NCBI GenBank assembly: GCA_025201805.1 | Contig: MU619281.1 | Coordinates: 84,094-148,093 of the forward strand | From: Parasitella parasitica NRRL 2501 | Lineage: Eukaryota; Fungi; Mucoromycota | Reading direction: 5' to 3' | Length of the DNA stretch: 64,000 nt | In this document: piece after piece, positions 12,516 through 25,699 of the stretch | Numbering within the stretch: the first letter of the stretch is position 1 | Layout of the letters: every line of letters begins with the position of its first letter | Translations under genes and position numbers: made by a program | Notes under the pieces: generated by a model | The model's database searches: none | What the model was told of the DNA's origin: nothing | The model's input: the letters and a program-made list of their open reading frames with translations, nothing else

Positions 12516-14213
12516 TTAATTCTTCTTTTCGTTGGTGTTGATATCAGCAAGGTCCATTTCATTGACAACTTGATAGCCGTCTGAACCAGTAACTACACGA
12601 GTGTATTGCAACAGACGAAGTCTTCTAACGAGAATATCGTGCATTTGAACACGTCTATTGGTATTTGACATATTATGGGCATGCAGCAAGACAATAAGCA
12701 GGAAACCTTCGACGATCATAGTGGGAGTATTGCATAGCAATTGACCTGTTGTATTCCATTTCATACCACTGGCGACGCAAATAAGGCCAACTACGACGCA
12801 AAAGGAAAACAAGACAGCCAGAGGATGCGCACATCCTGTTGCTCAATCTTTCGCTGAAGGTTCTCTTTCTAAAGATGTTTTGCTCTGGAAGATACAAGTT
12901 GAGGTATTGGAAAATGGCTTCATCGCTTTCAATGAGGATATCAAAGTTCTCGTCCAGTATTTTATCTTGACGGAAGTAAACGTTACGCAGAACGAACCCA
13001 TCAACAAAGCCAACCAAGCCAGTGTAAGTACCGATAATCAGCCACCAGTTGTCGTCGTAAGACATGACATGGCCAATAGCTGCATGCAATGGGTGAGAAA
13101 TGCGTCTACAAATGTTTACATGTGCATCATTATCAAACTTACCGAACCACACAATGAAGACACATACGGAAATGAAGAGACCAAGACCTGTGCCGATAAC
13201 ATCGCCATAATAATCAATTATGCGAATACCACGGGAGACTGGGTGAGGCTTTATGGACACAATAGGGTTAGGAGAATTGTCACCTGAAGTCTTGCGTAAA
13301 AGTATTTCTAAATCAACATCAGCCTGTTGGATGCATCCAAGGCATTCTTCAAGGTAAAGCATATGTCTGCGACGAGTGTTTTGCAAAAACATGGAAGTAA
13401 AGGTGAGCACAACAGCAACAGCAGTGTTAATATAAAGCTGCCATTCGTCACTGAATCCAAGAGAATGGCCTACGCCAATCCAAGCAAAAATACCTCCCAT
13501 ATAGATCATGAGTGACCAGAGAGAACCAACTGCGTCTGAAGCCCAGTTACAAACAACATCATACGCATTTTCAGTAGGTAATTTGGCAGCATCACCAACG
13601 GAATCTTTGGGGATTTTTTCTGCAAGATCTCTCAATTCACTGGTGCCCAAACTTGGGTTGTTAGCCTGTGTAAAGCGCAAGAGCTTATCAAAAGTAGCGC
13701 TTCTAGAGCGAAGCTGGGCGATAATCGTAAGCAGTCTGTTGCAATGGTTTTGCTGCTGGCGCATCAAAAGTCTGTATACGATTGATTTAGACGTATGGTA
13801 CGTACTTGCAGTGACATAAACACTTACGAGTCAGAATAGTAGCATTGAATACTTGAACCATCCTGCATGGCAATTTGCCATTCATCAGGAGCACCTAGAA
13901 CACCACCAGCAATTGCCCAGCCAACAAGGATAGCACATGTTAAAAGAAACATAAGACTTGAGCCAGCAAATTCTGTAAGGAAATCAAAGGCTTTAGCGCC
14001 TATCGATTTCCTATTTGCTTCATTGTAGATGGAGTCGTTATTTGGCAAATCGCTACCGACAATAGCGATCTCTTGGATGGCATCATTGCTGTTTTTGTTG
14101 ATGAATTGAGTGGGAGCTGCAGACTGCACAGTAAATTGTCTTCCAGGAGAACAAAGGTAATTTCCTATACGCTTGAAGAAGCCTGGCTTTTGCGTGCTGT
14201 TTTCTTGAAACAT
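12516..14213 (-). CDS. FET4: Low-affinity iron/zinc permease Fet4, 3 exons, with an apparent frameshift near 12830
   Basis: DEWQIAMQDGSSIQCY, MRQQQNH, WQLYINTAVAV, WWLIIGTYTGLVGFVDGFVLRNVY and TGQLLCNTPTMIVEGFLL are Fet4 motifs. Confidence 0.9.
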
Positions 14214-15809
14214 TTTTGATGACTTTAATTCCTTCAAAATGCTAAATACGTTTGTATTTATACGTTTTTCATGTCAAACCATCGGAGATCCTTGACATGA
14301 TATTCTGCCGTTCCTTTTTGCTACTTTCAACAATTCGAATTTATCCTACTCGATGAGGATAGAATATAATGGTGTCGTATGTAATTATTTTAATTTTGCT
14401 TGTGCATAGATGGATAATCACTCTGTAATTTACTGTGGCATTTGGCAAAAGTTGTCTTTTCTTTTTGGTTTTTTTTTTGTTTCTGGTTTCTCAGAGTTTG
14501 GTTTCATACATTTGCCGACATATGAATTTAATATTCAGGGCTATCCCATTTTTAAAGTTATCAATACTTGGATCTATGAAATGATAAGGTCTCCTTTATT
14601 CAAAAAGAATGTCTGTTTTTTTTTCTCTTTGTGTTCAAACGAAGTGATTGCAGTATTCAAAATATTGCAGTATTTCTTAGCATTAACAAACTTTATTAGG
14701 TAAATCATTCAATGCACATGTGCTCCAAATGAGTCGATACTTTTACAAGTTGAATTTACCATGCTTATTTGAAGTAAATTGTAGCAGAAATATTGAGCAC
14801 TTAGCTCACAAGAAACCAAGCTTTTACAGACCAACGCCACTACCAGTTGTAATTGTTGCCTAGGATGAAAAATTTTAAAACAAAAATGCTATAAAACGCT
14901 AAAAGTCAAACATATCTACATGAAATGTGATGTAATTCCGGGTAAACTGCAATAAATATTATAAATTGGCCAGCATATGTAGAAACTCAATATTGATCTG
15001 TAGTAGACACAACTGGTTTTGTATTTTACTGATACTAAATGCTCTGGTAAGCAGCTAATATTTAATAGATTGATGATTTAGATGCTTTGATTATAGGCTT
15101 TGATATTGCTTATTTTATCGGACGGTCAGGAAGACGCACTCGTTTATTATCATGCCATCATATCGAAGTGCGGAGATGTTCACGTTGTCATGTTGAAACT
15201 CGTACCACAATGCTGCATTATAAATAACTTGACAATAGAATTGATTTTATTGTTAATTCAAAAATAAGAATCGGTAATCATTCCTCAGTGAAAAGTTGTA
15301 TAGCTTATTATGTGAATCATGCTTCTATCGACCCTTGGCAAAATCAGCAACTTGATTTTTCGATAATTTTTCACATCATTTTGTTTGATTACCGACTTTT
15401 CATATGTGTAGTATTTAATTTGCTGATTGTTCGAACCCCTTTGATAAAGAACATCGTTTGACTGTGTATCATTAAAGAACATTCAAGTTTCAGTTTACTG
15501 GGCACAAAAATTGCATATGCTTACAAAATGATCGTTGCAAAGCTGTGCAATCCGAAAAATATCATAACATGGTTTTTCTATTGATTCGCACAGCTTCTCA
15601 ATAGATGCAAATATCAGAATATCTGCCTGTGTTCAATGGATTTTGATTATCAATGTAGACTTTTAAAACTTTAATTTATTATAAGATGAGTCCAAAATGT
15701 ATCTTTTGGTGTAGTGAGGACATCATCGTAAGTTTTTTTGACACCAATATTCGTTTTTTGTGTCCTGAAACGCAGGCAATTGAATAGGTTTTTCTCTAGA
15801 TATTGTCTT

Positions 15810-15820
15810 TTATCAGATAA
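15810..15820. promoter_or_regulatory. Palindromic double GATA site TTATCAGATAA containing the ATCWGATAA SreA-type consensus
   Basis: Seen directly, about 1.6 kb upstream of the FET4 ATG. Confidence 0.3.
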
Positions 15821-16641
15821 TCTAATAAAAAGTCATATCTGAAATCATGCCCATATAGGCATATTTAACCGTCGATCCATGGCATGAGACATTTGATTCT
15901 ATTTGAAACATAGTCTGAACGATTGTGAAACAGAGTATATAAAAAATGTAATGTTTATGAGGATAAAAAAAGATAATGATTTTTCGAATAAAATATAGGA
16001 TACTTATATGCTTTGAAACTTATTATGTTAGTTATATAGTTGTAGCAAAATATATTCTTAGCAAGTATGCAGTAAAGAATCTTGGCAACACTTGCCAAGT
16101 AGATATACTTTACAGTATTTGGATAGTCTTTGACTTGTACTCTACAACGCGGCTTTGTCATCACCGTTATAGATTCCATAAAGACATCTCACCAAAATCT
16201 TTTTCTTTTCTGCCTTTTTTTCTTTCTTTCAAGAATCGAAGGTCGAGCTTCCTTTGGTGTAAGTCTTTAGTCTGTCCTAGTTTATTGGCGCTTACAAACA
16301 ACTGCCACAGCCTTGACTTATAGAAGGGACAGGGTCTGTTGGTTAGGTGAATAACGAAGAAAGAAGCCAAAAGAATAATTTTTTGGGATTAGGCGTGCTT
16401 TCACGTATTCGTAGTTAATCCTGTTATTTTCATTTTGAGAAGACATGAAAATCACATTTGAAAACGAATGCAAAGAATCATAAAAAAAACTCAAGACATT
16501 ATTATGTCTAATATTTTAAGAACTTAATTGCTTATCCGAATTTACGAGAAAAATATACTTTTACTACTGCACATAGAAAGTTGTATAACATTTCTAAGGA
16601 TTATCGTTTGTTAGATACGGTTTGGTAGTTGCAGATAGACA

Positions 16642-18806
16642 TTATATCAAGTCTTGAGTCACCAAATTTATTACATGGCTCATACAAGGAATTCTTTGAT
16701 TTGAAACAACAAACTTGATGTTCTCGTAGGAGCTTCTCATTAGACGCTCGAGTTTTTCGGCAAGCTTTGTGTTGCTACTGGCATTATCGCAGGTTACGGC
16801 GAAGACTTTCGAAAGCATGCTTGGATCATACGATTGTAACACCTCAAGGATTTTTGTTGCCTGATCGTCACCTTAAAAATTGATACATGTATCACTTGCA
16901 AAAAACAAGCAAACGTCGTATTCCTGCGTATCAGAATGTGTTGATCCATAGAAATGAATTAGGCCTATGGTGATCTGTCTTGGTTTCCATGTTTCTTTTG
17001 ATATGAAATGACTGGTCAAGCCTATGAAATTTTGCCCTAATAATTAATCAAATCAATTGAGTAACCAGCCAATAGAATATGGTTGATATGCAGACTGCTA
17101 TACCTGTTGATGATTTCCAGAGATCTGCTGTCAGTGCGATGCAGTCTTGGGCTATAAGCTCATCAGTTGCTTTTCGTTTCATCACATCAAAATAGTCTAA
17201 GAGTTGATTTTTGATAGTATTTCTCACGGGTAATTTGATCACATTTTTCATCTCAGGGCTTTCATTCGACAAGCAAAAATCCAAGCGTTTTGCTGTTATC
17301 CACGAAGCTCATCGGTAGCTGTTTTTGAATGATGAGGTCCATAAGCACTTTGTAGAAATTGGGCCTTGAATATGGCAAAGCATCCTTGGAAGTTGTTGTA
17401 ACGTTATTGTATACAATTACTGAATCTTCTTCTTGATCATGATTCAGTAAAGACAATAAAACCATGTGCCAATTATATTCAACCAGCTGCAATTTGTTTT
17501 CAAATTGAACATTACTTTCCGAGATTTCCTTGTCAATTTTATCTTGCAAAGTGACATCTAAAATAAACATTTCAATTTTGTTATGAGTTAACTATAAGCA
17601 ATGATTATAACAACCCAAGGCTCAACATTTATTTGTATTTTCGTTCAAATTATGTGATCTTTTCAAATGTCGAGCAATGCCAGATGTTTCTTTGATTCAC
17701 CACTTGAAAAATATTTGAGGCATCCAATTTGGGGTTCTGCTCGATCCACTGTACAAAAGATTGCACCCGGAACACGTAGAGCGTAACTGTATTTCGACCA
17801 CCAGGGTTTTGATTTGGAATTAGCGGCATCGACAGTTCCACTGATAGGTATATCATACAATTGGTTTTGCTTGAGGTCCATGATCTTTCTGCGTGCGTTC
17901 TTGTCATTAGTATTCCACAGTTTTGCTTTTTTTGCTGGGGTATCATCTATGGATGCTGATGGCGATAGGTTGTTTACTGCCGAAAATTGTCTTCGCATTA
18001 CGGAGACGGTGCTAGCTGTGGTGTTGTTGTTGTCTTCTTCGACACCACTCATAATCGATATAATGGGACTGTCCGTGAATGGATCGTTATCGTTGTTATT
18101 CTCGTTATTTTCATTGACTAACTCCCAACTACTATTGGATTGTTGAGTGGTGTAATTGTAATTCATCATAATAGCAATGGTATAACAGAAGTTATTATGG
18201 GAGAAAAAAGAAGTTAAGAGTCTCAAAGCTCAACTTTACTATCAACTGTCGCGTAAAATTATCTGTTTACAATTAGGTTTTTTGTTGTGTGATAGTGTTG
18301 TTTACATTACTGTATACTGATAATAGGTGTAAGGAGAGTCCTTCCGTGCTATTGTAATGTCTCACAAGACATAACACACTTTCTTTAGATACGATGAATG
18401 AGTAACGAACTTTCATTGGTCTCTTTTAAAAAGGTGACATTTGACATTTGACACATCATCTCGAAGTTATCTCGCTTTGTCTTGGTCTTGTTTTGAAGAA
18501 TCTCGACTTTCATCTCGATAGACAAAAAAAGACTCGCAGAAATCTCGAAACGGCTCGCATGAATCTCGAGATAGCTCGCAGAAATGTCGATAGAATCCGC
18601 CTTAATCTCGAGCATGACTTTTAGTGAACTCTCTTTAAACAATGGTGAATGAGTAAAGTGAACCAATAATTATGCACTTGAGCAGATGATGATCTAATAT
18701 TTTATTTTTTTGCACAAAATTACGTTGAAATATCAAGATATCTCGATCTCGACTCGATTGCGTCTTGGCTTGACTCGACTCGGGCTTGACTCGCTGCCAG
18801 ACCTTG
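16642..18806 (-). mobile_element. Degenerate, 3'-truncated hAT DNA transposon (BED finger + DDE transposase) with subterminal repeats
   Basis: BED-like FC..GC..TSGIARHLKRSH across a frameshift, LIIQKQLPMSFVD, LPVRNTIK, IALTADLWKS, VTCDNASSN, RIPCMSHVINL. Frameshifts near 17700 and 17285. CTCG-repeat cluster at 18458-18795; candidate terminus CAAGGTCTGGCAG on the minus strand at 18806. Confidence 0.85.
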
Positions 18807-18972
18807 TTGAAGCTAAATACAAAAGATATTGCTATGCAAAGGCGAGAAGGAAACTAACTTGTCACTACAGAATTGCAGATACTGATCAATTAGAAAAAAT
18901 AGTTAACATTATTGTTACCTGATTTTGAGTTTTTTTTTGAAGCCAAACAAGTTTCATCAGATGTATGTAATA

Positions 18973-19348
18973 GACAATATTAATCCAATAACACCGATCA
19001 GATTAACTGAAGAGTTGGGGTCGAGTCTGGAAAGACTCCAAGTTCAGAGGATTAAGCAGACGCGAGAGTTTCTATCTTCCAAAGTTCCTCAATAGACTTG
19101 GCGGGTTCGTCAGGGAGCAATGTATTCTCCCTCAAGTCATTGGTCTACTACTCATCCGATGAAAGCCAAAACAATGACAATATTAATCCAATAACACCGT
19201 TCAGATTAACTGAAGAGTTGGGGTCGAGTCTGGAAAGACTCCAAGTTCAGAGGATTAAGCAGACGCGAGAGTTTCTATCTTCCAAAGTTCCTCGATAGGC
19301 TTGGCGGGTTCGTCAGGGAGCAATGCATGCTCCCTCAAGTCATTGGTC
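18973..19348 (+). repeat. Near-identical direct duplication of ~173 bp (18973-19145 and 19176-19348)
   Basis: gacaatattaatccaataacaccg...ctccctcaagtcattggtc occurs twice with a period of 203 bp and only a few substitutions. Confidence 0.95.
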
Positions 19349-19558
19349 ATTGTAGGCTAAGAAAGATGAAAAAAAATGCAAATGGAGGTTTGAGTTACAT
19401 GAAAAACCTCATTTGGTTATCAATTTAATCAGTCGTCCCCTTTTCTACTATTTCGACTAATTGCAGCATATTTAGACATGGCCTCCCTCAATGAAAAGAA
19501 TAATCGAAGAGATTGATAAAATCTGATTCATTTACTGAAAACACTTTCTACAGACCAG

Positions 19559-19956
19559 ATGTTGTATGCCAAAAATGCCAAAAACCCTCGTTTGGCCGAT
19601 TTTCTTCAGGATCCACAATGCAAACAAAATTTCTTAGATTTCATTTGCCAATACACTAGACCGCGGGATGCAAAAGTGGCGAGCAAAAGAAAGTGCAAAA
19701 ACTTTAAAAAGTTTGTCGAAGGGGTCAACTGGAAACCGCTCTTAATGCAAGCAAAAGCGCGCCAAAAAGCTCTTACAAGAAGTACAGCAATATTGACTGT
19801 AGCTACAGACGAGGCTGTGAACATGCTTGAAAATCTGTTTAACGTACGTTCAAGTATATTTTGGCTAGCTTTTTTCTTTGTATATTTGTAGACAGGCATA
19901 GATAGAGCAAGTAATGGCCAGGCTGAGGAGCAAGACAATGCTGAATACAGGCATTA
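19559..19956 (+). CDS. Hypothetical protein, possibly TE-associated
   Basis: Protein-like ~95-aa ORF followed by a plausible GT-AG intron and a short last exon; no recognisable domain. Confidence 0.35.
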
Positions 19957-20224
19957 GTGTCGGTTTAACTAGAGTAATTGCATCCATATACCCCATTGCA
20001 GCCCCAAACTTTTTCTTCCTTTGAAGATAAAACATGGCTATCGAGTTGAACTTTATAAGATACATATACATACTGTAAAGAATAGAGGATGATAATGAGA
20101 ATGAGCAAATGCTGGTATGTTATTCATATGCTGTTAGGAAAGGGGGTGGATTGGGCATGAAAATATGACAGAAACTAATATCAAGGATATCAATATGTGA
20201 GTTTGGGTATGGACGTATGGTCAA

Positions 20225-20800
20225 TCATTTGAAGTCAAGCGTAGGTTTAAAGTTTGTCGGAACAACAACATTCAGAATCTTAAATAGATGTTCAGTTGGC
20301 ACTGAAGGTCGCTTCAGTTTGTCAATATCGATCCAAGACTTTTTCACACAATGATTGTTGAATGCCTTTAGTATTCTTTTCAACTTGTCGAGTTCACTGA
20401 TAAACTTTGGTAACGTCAGCAAGGAGCTAGGCACTTCAAACTTCTGAAGAAGGAAGAAAGGGTACAACGCTTCTGATTAAAATGAGCAGAGATAAAATTT
20501 CACGCAAAAACCTTCAAAATATGGTAAGAAAACGATCTACAGATGTCAATTTTTTAAGAGGAATCAACCTTAACAACAACCTGAACACCCAAAGTACACT
20601 TGACCTCACCTCTATCCAATGCGTCTTTACAAAATAAAGCCGTTCTTAATGTGTCTAGATGTGTGTCTTGTTAGTGTTTTTCTGCTGCACTTGCCTTCAC
20701 CTCGCAATACCCAACAGCATATGTCTCATGAAGTGCCATGATAGCGTCGGAACGTAAGTTTGTTGGCTTCGCGCCGTATTCAATGACTTGCTGGTTCAAC
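20225..20800 (-). pseudogene. PD-(D/E)xK nuclease-like fragment of a repetitive-type family
   Basis: Minus-strand translation RSDAIM..VGYCEVK...*...DTLRTALFCKDALD...LGVQVV, then FEVPSSLLTLPKFI..L..LKAFNNHC. In-frame stop at 20671-20673. Confidence 0.6.
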
Positions 20801-23365
20801 CTTTTATTTTCACCAAAAAGAAGTTGTTAGCAATTGAAAAAAAAAATAAAAGGTGTATATGTGCGCATACTGCTTAATGATCACTGGATCCAATAATAAC
20901 ACAAATAATATCGCCTGATACAATGGAAAGGCTGAGATCTTCCAGGTATTCTTGTCACAAATTGCATGTATTGCCTAATGTTTGGTTCTTATTTGGGAAC
21001 AGATATCATTGGCTTGAGATAAAGATTAATGCAACTCCCACGCAATTACCCCGCAAAAAAGTTAGAATATTTTGTTATAAACAAACAGCATGGGAGTACA
21101 ATGAAGTATATTTAAGCCTAAATATATGGTTGAAATGGTCGGTATTTTATGTGTATACAAATTGCACAAGAAATACATTACAGCAGAAGAAAAAAAACAT
21201 ATTAAGATGTGGGGAAAAATGTAATGTGTCACTGGCTAAAATTTTATGAATATATGTGTTTGAGAAATAATTATCCTTTTTGTTGTAACATGTTGCACAA
21301 GGCAAAAGTATGATATCGATATTATACCCACATTGCAAAATGCAGGCTATGTATATTCTATCGAAAACAGCAAACAAGCACAGCCAAGCTACCAGGCGAA
21401 TGTGTAAAAAAAGTGCAAACATTTGAGGCTTTTTACTGCGTTTTTGGTATGATACTTATTTTGCAAATTTTGTCAAATCCCAAAAAGGAATCATCAGCGT
21501 GTGTAATTTTAGTCCACATGATACAGTCCTATTTTATTTTACCCAATTTCTAGCCATGATATTGCAACTCATGCCTGTATAGTATAGTTTGGCCCAAGGG
21601 AAAACTATACGAGTGCACGTCGAACCAATCATCGCTATAGGCGGATATTTAAAGCTTGACCGTGAGTAAAGCAAATCTTGACGATACAAAACGAAGATGT
21701 GTATATGTGATGAAAGAAAGAAGGCACCAGCAAAGTATCACAAGAATGAAAAAAAAAAAAAAAAAGAGCCTGTATTCATATTATGCCCATGCTTTCAAAA
21801 GTCAGGTTTAGATGAAGATCTAAAATAATATACATCATTCAGCATATCAAATTTAAACCCACCCTTGATAATTTCGCACTTGAAACAAAAAGACTAGAAT
21901 CATACTATCAAAGAATGCTTTAGCGTTTGCTAAAAATATGACGAAAAGAAAAAGCTCGGCTTCTAAAATAGTACTAACCAACGGCAATAGCGATCTATAT
22001 GCGAAAGTTTTAGCACAGTTAAAATAAATTGAAGTAATATTATCATTGCATAAACCACAATGTTTTCAGTAGCTATTTTGAAGATTTGCAACCAGGGTTT
22101 ACTAAGATTCCATGTACTGAAGTTGTCCTTATGAGATGTATTCCTTCTTATCTTAATCTATCCGTAATGAGCGACAAATTCGATTAATCATGTTTGACAG
22201 GTTGTTGGATTGAGGTCTTTTCATTTTCACCAAATTCAAGATTAGGACTTCCAGGCAATGCATTAGCTCGTTGACTGTAACAGCAACACAGCGTCGTATT
22301 AAAAAGTTGCAGTTGTTTCAAGCGCAAACCGATATAAATTGATTACTCGGGTCCATTAGTAGGCAATAATTTCCGGAAATAAAGTAACAAATAGAGCATC
22401 ACTGACCTCGCGATCAACCTAATGCATTTCACAACGTGTTGTACTACCAAAAAAAAAAAGAAAAAGAAAAAAAAAGGAGAGTCTCTGCACTATCGTTATA
22501 TAGGAATATAAAGATCAATGTGATAGATTAAATTCTAAACCCTTCCTACTATAAGGGTGCAAGTAAACGAGGCGTGTTTTCATGAGAAGACGTCAAAGTT
22601 GAATATATTTTTTCTAACCATCTCAATTATGGCCTTTACGACGTACCAAAGTATATATTTGTAGAGAGCGTTTTCAGAAGATGGCCGATAAACTGAAGTT
22701 TTGGCCACAATCCAGAGAATAACTAGGAACATCAGTAATAGAAAAACTTGGATGAAGAGCTACTTGATAACCAATGCAAATAAGATAAGAGTAACTTTAG
22801 CACTTAATAGACTCTAAAAGCTCGGGATCTCGCTACATCAGAGCCATTACGGACAATGTACGCGAAAGATAAACAATTGAAGGTGGAGTTCTAAAGGGTT
22901 TGTATTGCAAGATCTGGAGGCCGGACAAACGCTGGTGCAGTACAAAAAGTGACATGTTGAGGATCTTATGAAATTAGATTCTTCTTTTCATCTGAAAAGA
23001 ATCCGTGTTGAGGTTTTTTGATTTTCCCATTTCGCCACTCCATCGTACTCCTTTAACGTGAGGTCCTTTTTTTTTTTTTTTTTTTTNNNNNNNNNNTTTT
23101 TACCTCAATTGTTCCATATTCGCTACAAATCTAAATAATCAATACATCTTTGCTCCATTTAGCACAGGAGGCATTGTATCAAGGGGGGAAACGTGGAAGA
23201 GATAAAAAAAAATTGTTTGTTTACTAAGTTATCAAGCTTGTAGGCTCTGCACAGTTTTTTCCATTTCGAGATGGCCCGGTTTTTCTTGCATTAGTATATA
23301 TAAAGCGCAACACTGGATTATCAATGGTCATGTTTCTCCTTTTTTGTTTACATTTACTTTTAAAA

Positions 23366-23998
23366 ATGTCAAATCTTATTCAAATCGAACCAGCAACAAC
23401 AACAATTCATCATATAAAGGCCGAATCCAAGAGATCAAGCAATCTTTACACTTGTATTTCAAGACTAAGAAAAATGCGAACAGAAATTCGTCGACACAGA
23501 ACATTACCAGCTAACCTTCCATATCAAGAGAAGTTTCTTTTACAAGAAGACGAGGAGCAGGACGTAGATGATTTCAACGAGAAAATTAACATTGTGGATA
23601 CCAAATCCCCTCCACTTTCATGGTCGATTCGTCATACAACGCAATTAGCTTTCCCACCAAGGTTTAATCTGATAGTAAACCATGACGATTTACTGCCGTC
23701 AATTCAGGATCAAGAGTTTGATTCCTCGTCTTCATCCACTTGCTCTTGTTCTTCGTATAGCAAATTTAATCAACAAGACAGCGATGATGGTGAACAAGAA
23801 GAAGCACAACACAATTACGTCTATGAAGATTCTGATGCCTATTCAGCGACCCTTCAAAAGCTATCTGGTATATCTTTTGAAAGTCAAGCCAAACCCAAGA
23901 CCAACACAGCTGTTCTGATTACCTTGTCTCCATGTGCTCTAGCTGCCGCCAACGCTGCTCGGCAAAAGAGGCAAAAGCCTCGAGTATATCATCACTAG
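23366..23998 (+). CDS. Hypothetical intronless protein (210 aa), Ser/acid-rich
   Basis: Clean ORF, aaaaATG start context, TATA-like gtatatataaag at about 23294. Confidence 0.65.
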   Translation: MSNLIQIEPATTTIHHIKAESKRSSNLYTCISRLRKMRTEIRRHRTLPANLPYQEKFLLQEDEEQDVDDFNEKINIVDTKSPPLSWSIRHTTQLAFPPRFNLIVNHDDLLPSIQDQEFDSSSSSTCSCSSYSKFNQQDSDDGEQEEAQHNYVYEDSDAYSATLQKLSGISFESQAKPKTNTAVLITLSPCALAAANAARQKRQKPRVYHH

Positions 23999-24203
23999 GT
24001 TTATTCTCGAAACAATTACTTTTTACATTATATACATACACACTTTACTACATATCATTAGTCTTCATTATTTCTTTTTTTTTTTCATTTTACATATACA
24101 TAGCTCTTTTCTCTTTATATATGCAAACCTATACACACATTTTATTATAAAAAACAGGTGTTGCCTGCAATACACAACTATCAATAATTCGCAAGTGGCG
24201 TTT

Positions 24204-24205
<2 letters not shown>

Positions 24206-24270
<65 letters not shown>
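24206..24270. repeat. Poly(T) tract of about 65 nt
   Basis: Seen directly. Confidence 0.9.
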
Positions 24271-24272
<2 letters not shown>

Positions 24273-25699
24273 CATGTTTGAAGCCAAAACCCTTCTTTGA
24301 GTCAATGTCTGTGTAACCACTTACGGCTGGACAAAATAATCATCTCATGTTCGCAGCCAAGTTTATTTATTTTACTTTGAAGGCGTATGATCTCATGACT
24401 ATAGCAAACTTAATTACAGCTGAATACAAAACGTGTCTCCATATGAAAATAAAACGATCGCTCCATCCCGTACACATATACATTCAGTACATGGAAACAT
24501 ACAACAATGTACGGTAGTACAAAAACTATAGCAATAAAACGATGTAAACAAAAGAAAATCAATCAAACCTAATACGACAATCAAAAACTCGTTTTTTTAT
24601 TCTGTTTTATCTAGATGAGAACCTGATGAAATATAAGCACAACTTGCATGATATATGCCCTATTCTTTTATTCAGGCGAAAACGTCAAATGCATCCATCA
24701 ATTCTAGTTTTCGGATTTACAAATCTGTCAAGGCAATCAGGAACGAGGTTTCACATCACTGCCGTGACAATCGGGAACATCATTCTACATCGTTCAACGT
24801 GATTTCTCTGAAAAAGCTATTAATTTAACATACGTAGACATTAATCTAAATTAATTAGCGCAAATTCTTTGAAAGCTTCGACAGACAATATCATCTTATA
24901 GCCACTTGTATGGTATGTGCATCCCCTTCTTTTTTTTTTTTTTTTTCAAGAGGTGCATGCAGTTGGTGGTGTTTCAAGAAGGCAAGTATTTTTAAATGTG
25001 TGTATATAGATGTGTCTCTGAAAAATTATTAAAGCACATACTCGATTATAGGACAACAGTGTTTGTTTATCGTATTAAAACATATAGACAAATAAAGAAG
25101 AAAACGTACATCCATGTGATGATGCAGAAAGAAAACAGACCTCAACATTAAATCACTGCAAGCAAGTCCTCGTTTTTCATGTATATAAATACTACATGTG
25201 CCTAATAATCTTGTTAAATATGTACATATGTGTCTAGTCATTTGTTGAATTTGCCACTTGACATCATTTTATATCATGGGCTTGGGCAAATGCAATGTGT
25301 TATTTATAGTATCATAGGTATATCAAGGACATGCTGCCACTGCACATGCTCTTTATCAGTGAGCCTCTACATTACGTATACATTTACCAGCACACATGCG
25401 CTTATACATGCTTGATGAAAATGATAAAATTAAAACATCTGCCACCACAGCTTTCAAATATCTCCCTTACAAAAAAAAATTTTTTTTTTTTTACTAGTGT
25501 CTCTGAATTGTTACACACATTTGTCTCCTTTCTATGTATGATACTTTATTTGGGGAGATAGAGACTAATATTACTGTATCCTGCCAGTGATAACGTTGGT
25601 GCATATAAATCGATAAATGGAGTTAACACTAAATCTATCCACGTTTTGAAGTGGCATGGTCGCTTTTAAGCTTTTTGAAACAGATGATAACTGTTGAAG

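Noticed and set aside
16081-16099. Inverted repeat cttggcaa-cac-ttgccaag
   Set aside because: Short and isolated, compatible with chance.
16330-16342. cagggtctg as the missing hAT terminal inverted repeat
   Set aside because: Only a partial match to CAAGGTCTGGCAG, with no subterminal repeats, and the 8-bp flanks (agaaggga versus ttgaagct) do not form a TSD.
24129-24320. Poly-Lys ORF (also the poly-Lys/Phe ORFs at 60774-61079)
   Set aside because: Artefacts of homopolymer runs.
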